Virus record (IMG/VR): IMGVR_UViG_3300031369_000003
Location: 1 to 55,132 of that record
DNA length: 55,132 nucleotides
DNA from: a virus
Lineage: Duplodnaviria; Caudoviricetes
Strand: one strand, 5' to 3'
The position numbers and the translations under genes are program-made. Every line of letters begins with the position of its first letter. Position 1 is the first letter of the stretch. Below, one piece after another: positions 49,334 to 55,132 of this stretch. The notes under the pieces are model-generated. The model was not told where the DNA came from. It ran no database searches and saw only the letters and a list, made by a program, of their open reading frames with translations.

Positions 49334-50591
49334 TTTGTTTTGGTTCCTCCTTTTTAATTGATTCGGGTGTTTTGGAATCAATTCCAGCCCGATTTAATTG
49401 ATATTGATCAGCAATTGCCACGTTAATAAAGTTAAGACTCGTATAATATTCATCACCACCGTCAATTGGTGGCAACCCAAATAATTGCCGCGCTTCATTA
49501 TTGCTAAATGCGCCACGGTTTCCAAGCGTATCCATAATTGCAAGCTTGTTTTTTACATCCGTTAATTCCAGGGCGTTTTGATAAAAAACAATCTCATTAC
49601 CATGATTTAGTTGGGTTGAGCTAAATAATGTCATTGTAAAGCCCTGATTCATTGCGGTTATAGTCGGTTCAAGTGTCTTATTATAAAATGAGCTATATTC
49701 GGCATCCGTGTAAACGCCATCCAGGACCGGGATGGATACGCCAAACCAGCGGAGGATCTTGTTTTCTACAAATTTTAGCGTCTCGGCGTCAATTGTTTTA
49801 GCGTCAATAGTTACAGGTACAAAATCACCTTTAAAATCCATTGGGATAATACCATCGCCTTTAGCTATGGCATCCATAAAGCTCTTGCGCTCGGCTTCCC
49901 GCTTATCATTATCTAAGACTGTATTGACCTTTAAAATTCCCTTGATACCTTGGCTAATAACGATGCTTGCTGCCGTCCCGGTTAGTATCGCATCATTAAT
50001 TCTAAGCGTAGATAATAGCGCCGTATTATCAACATTACCCGATATACTACCGCCCAAAATATCATTAATGGAATACTTTTTCCTAAGATGGATAATATCG
50101 GCATATGGTAAGGTTGTGTTTTTGCCGTTGCCAAATGTCAATTTGATAAATAATTCCCCTGTCGCATCCTCTAAAAAATCAACTTGAATCGGATTCAACG
50201 GCCAAAATCCGTTATAGATTCGGTTTTTTAATCCTCGCGCATCCGTTACAATGTCATAGGACGGATAGATAAAAGCGTTGGAGTTAAGATATAATGTCCA
50301 AATTACCTTCTCAATAAAATCCTTAATATTCATAAGCTTGTTTGGTTTTTTTAGCAACCTGTCAATGGTATCCGTTGCCGGTTTTAATAGCTTGCCGGTC
50401 GCCGGATCTCGCCGAATATGTCGCGGCTGCAATTTACTTAATTCCGACGCAATACAGTCTACGCATTCATTTACAATGTCATAGCTGTAAATATTATTCC
50501 CATATTGGCTAAAAATCGGAGTATTGCCCGATAGCATTTGAGCATATCGCAAACCACCCGGATCTTTTTTAAACAAAGCATCTAATAGCAA
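49317..50591 (-). CDS. Portal protein (HK97 family)
   Basis: CVDCIASELSKL...PNKLM...IIHLR...NEARQLFGLPPIDGGDE. Confidence 0.92.
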   Translation of the reverse strand: MLLDALFKKDPGGLRYAQMLSGNTPIFSQYGNNIYSYDIVNECVDCIASELSKLQPRHIRRDPATGKLLKPATDTIDRLLKKPNKLMNIKDFIEKVIWTLYLNSNAFIYPSYDIVTDARGLKNRIYNGFWPLNPIQVDFLEDATGELFIKLTFGNGKNTTLPYADIIHLRKKYSINDILGGSISGNVDNTALLSTLRINDAILTGTAASIVISQGIKGILKVNTVLDNDKREAERKSFMDAIAKGDGIIPMDFKGDFVPVTIDAKTIDAETLKFVENKILRWFGVSIPVLDGVYTDAEYSSFYNKTLEPTITAMNQGFTMTLFSSTQLNHGNEIVFYQNALELTDVKNKLAIMDTLGNRGAFSNNEARQLFGLPPIDGGDEYYTSLNFINVAIADQYQLNRAGIDSKTPESIKKEEPKQNDNQT

Positions 50592-50595
50592 TCAA

Positions 50596-50766
50596 TCACC
50601 CCCTTGTCGCTTGCTTCTTGGCAATTAATAAGGCCATTGCCGCGAAACAAAGGCCCAATGTAATAAAACCAGCCGGAATATAAATTAAAAATACCCCAAG
50701 AATTAAAAACGCCATGCCTAGAATTAGGAGCATGACATCAATCCAATTTTTTATAAACTTTTTCAT
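50596..50766 (-). CDS. 56-aa two-TM membrane protein between terL and portal
   Basis: MKKFIKNWIDVMLLILGMAFLILGVFLIYIPAGFITLG; gaggtgg RBS. Confidence 0.7.
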   Translation of the reverse strand: MKKFIKNWIDVMLLILGMAFLILGVFLIYIPAGFITLGLCFAAMALLIAKKQATRG

Positions 50767-50775
50767 TTAACCACC

Positions 50776-52512
50776 TCAGCTATTGACATATGCCATAAAC
50801 TCACTACGATTTTGTAAATAAATATATTCGCAGTTGATAAGTGTTGCGGCTCCATCGATCTTTTTCTCCTTGTTACCACCGGCCCTGACCGGTAAAATTA
50901 ATCCGCGCTTATCGATATCTATCCCAACATTTGACAGACACCACTCGTCAATTGGATTATTATTTGTGACGATTAATTTATTTCTTAGATCAGATTCCAG
51001 CAGACTAAATGGAGCGGATAAAGCTTCTCGCTTTTGTGGGACTCTCGTCATACATTCCTGATCGACATCATCGAATATTTCTGACATACTTTTAATCCAA
51101 TATTTTGCTAATGCTTCATCATAACCAATTTTATACATCCTAATCTTATATAAATTTACAATTTCGATAAACCATTTTGTAATAAGATCAAAGTCATTTG
51201 TCGCACCAGACGAAACGGTAATTAATCCTTGCTGTTTCCATTTGCGGTAATCCTTACCATCATCTTTAGCATCTAATTTATCCTCCGGAATAAAATATCT
51301 TTGTAAGAAATACTTTCGGTTGTCTCCCGGACGCATTAGCATGATCCGCGCCGATGCAAGGTCAATTGACATAGCCAGATCAACGCTGCCGATACCAAAA
51401 CAGCCCTTTAGATCATTCGGGTCGAATGTTTCTAGACAAGTATATAACTCAGGGCTAAAAGCTGCGTTAGAGGCGTTCTGCTTAATGTTAAAATCTTTTG
51501 CAAGCACAAAAACCCTAGTCGCCATATTGGTTTTTGCTTCCTCAACCATGCCCCGCAAAAAAGACCATTTTTTAATAATCCCTAAACCTGGATTTGACTT
51601 AACCCATGTTTTTTCATCCTGCCATATTTCGGTTTCAGAATCCTGCGTATAAAGCCAGATTAACCAACGCGGTCTTTCGAGCTCGCCAGCCAAAACCTGC
51701 CGGGCCTCCTTGAGACGGCGATCTAAATATCCATCATTTGTAAATCCCTCGGTTGTTGTTTCTCCAAATATTGGTTCGTCTTGAGTTGATAAAGCCTGTC
51801 TAATCGGTGTTACCGAAGAATCATCTTTTAATTCATGCCCTTCATCAACATAACCGGCTTTAATATTTTTACCTTCTTTGGCTCCGGTCTTGGCAGATAT
51901 TTTACGAATATTTCCCTTGTTGGCATAGCTGAATTTACCCTTTTTGCGCACCCTTTTAGGGTTCCCCATAAAAATCCCTTTAATAGTTTTGCGGCTAATC
52001 CTTTCTAGTGAAGGGCTTTCTTCCCGCATGGAATTACAGGCTGAAAATGATAAATCCGCTTGTTCATAGTCGTTGCTACTATATAAAACCTTCGTTCCAA
52101 ATTCCCCACAAAAAAACTCCGCCAAACCAAGGGCAGATGCTAAAGGCGTTTTTCCGTTTTTGCGTCCGATCAAAAGCGTAAATTCTTGATATTTTCTAAC
52201 CCATTTTTCAATTTCGTCATCATAAATTTTAAAAGAATAAAACGCCTCGACAAATGCTTTTTGAAATAGAGCTAAAATAAAAGGCTTTCCAGCAAATGGA
52301 GCTTCGGAATGTTTGCATTTTGTTTCAATAAATTTAATATATTTGCGCCCACTGCCAAACTCAATTTTTATATTCGGATCGTCAAAATGTTTAAGCAACA
52401 TATCCAACTGCTGCATAAGTTCATGGCCAATTAGGATCTCGCCGGATTTACATTTTTCGATATACTCTAAAAGGTGGGAGTCGGGATATTGTTTTCTTAA
52501 TTCTTGTATCAA
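50776..52512 (-). CDS. terL: Terminase large subunit
   Basis: IGRKNGKT Walker A, YVDEGHE Walker B, SVDLAMSID, KIDG. Confidence 0.95.
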   Translation of the reverse strand: MIQELRKQYPDSHLLEYIEKCKSGEILIGHELMQQLDMLLKHFDDPNIKIEFGSGRKYIKFIETKCKHSEAPFAGKPFILALFQKAFVEAFYSFKIYDDEIEKWVRKYQEFTLLIGRKNGKTPLASALGLAEFFCGEFGTKVLYSSNDYEQADLSFSACNSMREESPSLERISRKTIKGIFMGNPKRVRKKGKFSYANKGNIRKISAKTGAKEGKNIKAGYVDEGHELKDDSSVTPIRQALSTQDEPIFGETTTEGFTNDGYLDRRLKEARQVLAGELERPRWLIWLYTQDSETEIWQDEKTWVKSNPGLGIIKKWSFLRGMVEEAKTNMATRVFVLAKDFNIKQNASNAAFSPELYTCLETFDPNDLKGCFGIGSVDLAMSIDLASARIMLMRPGDNRKYFLQRYFIPEDKLDAKDDGKDYRKWKQQGLITVSSGATNDFDLITKWFIEIVNLYKIRMYKIGYDEALAKYWIKSMSEIFDDVDQECMTRVPQKREALSAPFSLLESDLRNKLIVTNNNPIDEWCLSNVGIDIDKRGLILPVRAGGNKEKKIDGAATLINCEYIYLQNRSEFMAYVNS

Positions 52513-52520
52513 ATGATCAC

Positions 52521-52850
52521 CTACTCAAATTCCTTCATATCCTCATCATCATCCTCTGCCATTCCCTTATTAAGCATCCCATTCAATTTATGGACTATAG
52601 CGGCGTAGCTTTCGGTTAGTCTTGCATACTCCTTAACTGCCGGAACCTGCTTTTGAATCTCGGGGTGTTCCGGGTGAATCTTAATCGCCCCAGATATGCC
52701 TATAGCTTGTTCCAACTCCCAACAAATTGAATGAAGAAAAGCCGCCTTTTGGATTAATCCGCCAGCGGCTTTTTGCGTTTCGGGAGTAGTTGCAGCAAAT
52801 AGTTCCTGCCATTTATCAAATTCGATTTGAAATTCGATTTGTTTTGACAT
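52521..52850 (-). CDS. terS: Terminase small subunit
   Basis: LIQKAAFL...IQKQVPAVKEY; directly upstream of terL. Confidence 0.8.
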   Translation of the reverse strand: MSKQIEFQIEFDKWQELFAATTPETQKAAGGLIQKAAFLHSICWELEQAIGISGAIKIHPEHPEIQKQVPAVKEYARLTESYAAIVHKLNGMLNKGMAEDDDEDMKEFE

Positions 52851-52891
52851 TTTAAACCTCTCAAATATTACTCATTATTCAAAATTAAATC

Positions 52892-53962
52892 TTATTGTGG
52901 GTTAAGCAATCTAAAATATTCGCCGTCATAAATAAAATCCGCAATAGCACCTACCAACATATCTCCTGCTGCAAGTTCCCCGCCTGCTGAATTTTTAACA
53001 ACAACCGCACCAAGCCCATTGAGATTCATTGTTGGATTTACATCTGTATTAGATACAAATAGCATTGCCGAAAATCTTAGCCCAGCATAATATGACGCTG
53101 CAAAAATCGGCACCGTGGCCGTTTGCGCCTGGGCTGTACCATCTGCAATTCCAAAGGCAGGAATATTTGGCGTCGGTAAAATTGAAGAACCAGTAATAAT
53201 TGGAATAATGCAGTTAGGAGCAATAATAGTATAGGCAGTGCCGCATGTTACTCCCACTTCGGTTACTACCCCTGATAACATATGAGCCGTTGCCAAAGTA
53301 TTAGTATTATTCAAAACGATATTGGGAACCGCCCCAGAATTAGCAAACAAACCACCATTTACACGCAATTGGCCGGATATAACTGTGATATTTGCTTGTT
53401 CCAAATCCATGTCCATATTGCAATCGGCCACCGACAAAACAACGTCCGCTCCGTTTAAAGTAATTCTGCCATCGCCTGTAAGACCCCGAAAATATGGATT
53501 CCCTCCGGTTATTTGCATCATGCCAGTATAATTCAGATTTTCGAAGTGTGGGAAACCGCCTTGAATTGTGACGGTTCCGACAATTGCACCGCCATTCCGC
53601 ACCGATCTAGCAGAGCCAGTATAAGCATAAATGATCGTTCCGTTAGTCGTTAGGTCGCGAATTTCATGTACTGAATTTATAGTCGCGGTTCCACTGAATT
53701 CCAGAGTTGAACCGTTCCCATAAATGCAAACTGGAATATCAAACGTAATATCACCAGTATGTGAATAAGTACCAGTCCCCATTTGCAAAACTGCGCTAGT
53801 AAGCCCAGCGCTAGAAATTTTATCTAATGCCTCAGCCATTGTCGGAAAAGGATGGAATATTGTTCCATCTGCCATTCCTGCGTTTAATGGATTGAGATAA
53901 ATAGTATTGAATGGGTCGAATTTATAATCGGCTATAGTTTTTTTAATGTTTGAGCCCCACAT
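52892..53962 (-). CDS. Beta-helix-like virion protein with C-terminal tail-fibre-type module
   Basis: DGTIFHPFPTMAEAL...GTGTY start; C-terminal YYAGLRF...TMNLNGLGA...AGD...YDG..FRLLNP. Confidence 0.55.
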   Translation of the reverse strand: MWGSNIKKTIADYKFDPFNTIYLNPLNAGMADGTIFHPFPTMAEALDKISSAGLTSAVLQMGTGTYSHTGDITFDIPVCIYGNGSTLEFSGTATINSVHEIRDLTTNGTIIYAYTGSARSVRNGGAIVGTVTIQGGFPHFENLNYTGMMQITGGNPYFRGLTGDGRITLNGADVVLSVADCNMDMDLEQANITVISGQLRVNGGLFANSGAVPNIVLNNTNTLATAHMLSGVVTEVGVTCGTAYTIIAPNCIIPIITGSSILPTPNIPAFGIADGTAQAQTATVPIFAASYYAGLRFSAMLFVSNTDVNPTMNLNGLGAVVVKNSAGGELAAGDMLVGAIADFIYDGEYFRLLNPQ

Positions 53963-53968
53963 TTTTAT

Positions 53969-54280
53969 TCACCCCTTGACAATTGCTTTAAAAGTATCGG
54001 TTGCGGTTACAACAACACTGGAAAATGATTCAAAAACATTTTCAAAGCTTTCACCAGATGAAACCGTTATTGTAATGTCATTAATTGTAAAAGTCAAATC
54101 GCTTGCCCCGGTATTAACAATCCCGAACCCATTACATTCGGATGAACAAGTATAGGTAGTTGTCGCAGAACCTGAAAATGTCCCAATAACTGCTGTAACT
54201 AACCTATCGGCTATATTCACAACCGTGTTATCCTCCTTTAATATTCTTCCGCTCGCTGGCGACATTGCATTGATATCCAT
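53969..54280 (-). CDS. Small beta-sandwich protein, possibly virion-associated
   Basis: SGRILKEDNTVVNIAD...IVNTGASDLTFTIN. Confidence 0.55.
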   Translation of the reverse strand: MDINAMSPASGRILKEDNTVVNIADRLVTAVIGTFSGSATTTYTCSSECNGFGIVNTGASDLTFTINDITITVSSGESFENVFESFSSVVVTATDTFKAIVKG

Positions 54281-54292
54281 TTGATCAGCTCC

Positions 54293-54874
54293 CTATGATT
54301 TTTTTTGATCGGCTTGATTGATTGTGGTTTTGAAATTGCTATGAAGTAAAGAAACATTTTTATATCTACTGACTTGATTTAAAAACTCATTTATAACCCA
54401 TTTGGGGAGTATTGGTACCAATTCTTTTTGAAATCTGATAAACATATCAATTGATAATCGTTGACCATTTGCCATAAAATAAGCAGGATTGATAAAATAT
54501 CTGGTTTCATCCTTTGAATCTTCTCGGCACATAATTCCAAGACCAATCATTTTCGAAATGAATCCCTGAGAACGCCTTTTCTTCAGCCCGATAAGATCAC
54601 CGATTTCCTTAGCGGTATATGGAAGGATTTTGTTTTTACAACGGTATCCAAGCATATTGTTTTTAGAAATCATCATTTTTGCCAATCTTGTCATTTTGCC
54701 AATGTCGCTATCGGTCATATTTTCTGGAAACTGAACTTCCGCAAATATCCGCGCCCCCAACTTATGAGAAGGAATTCTATAACCTTCATCATTCATCGAA
54801 TCGGCGAACGCTTCTTTTTTTATATTGATTATTTCGCCGGTTTTTTCGCTAAATGAAGTTGTCTGTTTTATCAT
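54293..54874 (-). CDS. RepL-like winged-HTH DNA-binding protein
   Basis: NNML...YTAKEIGDLIGLK...YFINPAYFMANG. Confidence 0.6.
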   Translation of the reverse strand: MIKQTTSFSEKTGEIINIKKEAFADSMNDEGYRIPSHKLGARIFAEVQFPENMTDSDIGKMTRLAKMMISKNNMLGYRCKNKILPYTAKEIGDLIGLKKRRSQGFISKMIGLGIMCREDSKDETRYFINPAYFMANGQRLSIDMFIRFQKELVPILPKWVINEFLNQVSRYKNVSLLHSNFKTTINQADQKKS

Positions 54875-55132
54875 TTTTATACCTCTTTTAGATTAAAAAT
54901 TTAATGCAATTTTATTGCGCTAAACGTTTGTTTTTGACACCAAAAATAACACCTTAAAAATATATTTAGCAGGTGTTATAATAAACTGATTAAGAATAGT
55001 CACTTATCAGCTCCCAAAACTTAAACCTTTTTAAACCCCTTTCATCCTGTATTTTTGATTATCATAAGGTTTCAAAATGTTTCTGAAATCATAGACCGAA
55101 TTTCAAAATTTGGCCCGTGCGTCACAGACTTG

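Noticed and set aside
40784-53531. Many plus-strand ORFs antisense to structural genes (e.g. 42500-43078, 46497-46970, 49732-50187)
   Set aside because: Shadow ORFs opposite well-supported genes, without recognisable motifs

Overview
The window looks like an essentially complete ~55 kb temperate siphovirus genome with HK97-type head genes, apparently opened at or near its cos end. Almost all genes lie on the minus strand. Modules: packaging/head/tail (52850 to 34084), lysis (33779 to 32347), a small-gene accessory arm (about 32000 to 27500), an intact attP with a tRNA 3' end next to a tyrosine integrase and a cI/cro switch (24159-27610), early recombination/replication genes (about 24000 to 9500), and an ArpU/RinA-type late activator (8945-9490). 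Gene style is Firmicutes-like, but the spanin-like pair and the amidase without a cell-wall-binding domain suggest a diderm host. The most unusual region is a ~6.6 kb island (about 2310-8945) between the late activator and its putative target promoter. It is built from cassettes of the form strong sigma-A promoter with operator, small cargo genes, small DNA-binding regulator and CCGG hairpin. It carries an IbrA/IbrB pair, an intact circularly permuted twister ribozyme, a possible split twister relic and strand-specific (TAG)n tracts at gene junctions. Also notable: a ~350 nt structured non-coding late leader, three antisense promoter-sRNA-terminator units and a fully nested spanin-like gene pair. 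All family calls come from motif recognition by eye, without database searches.
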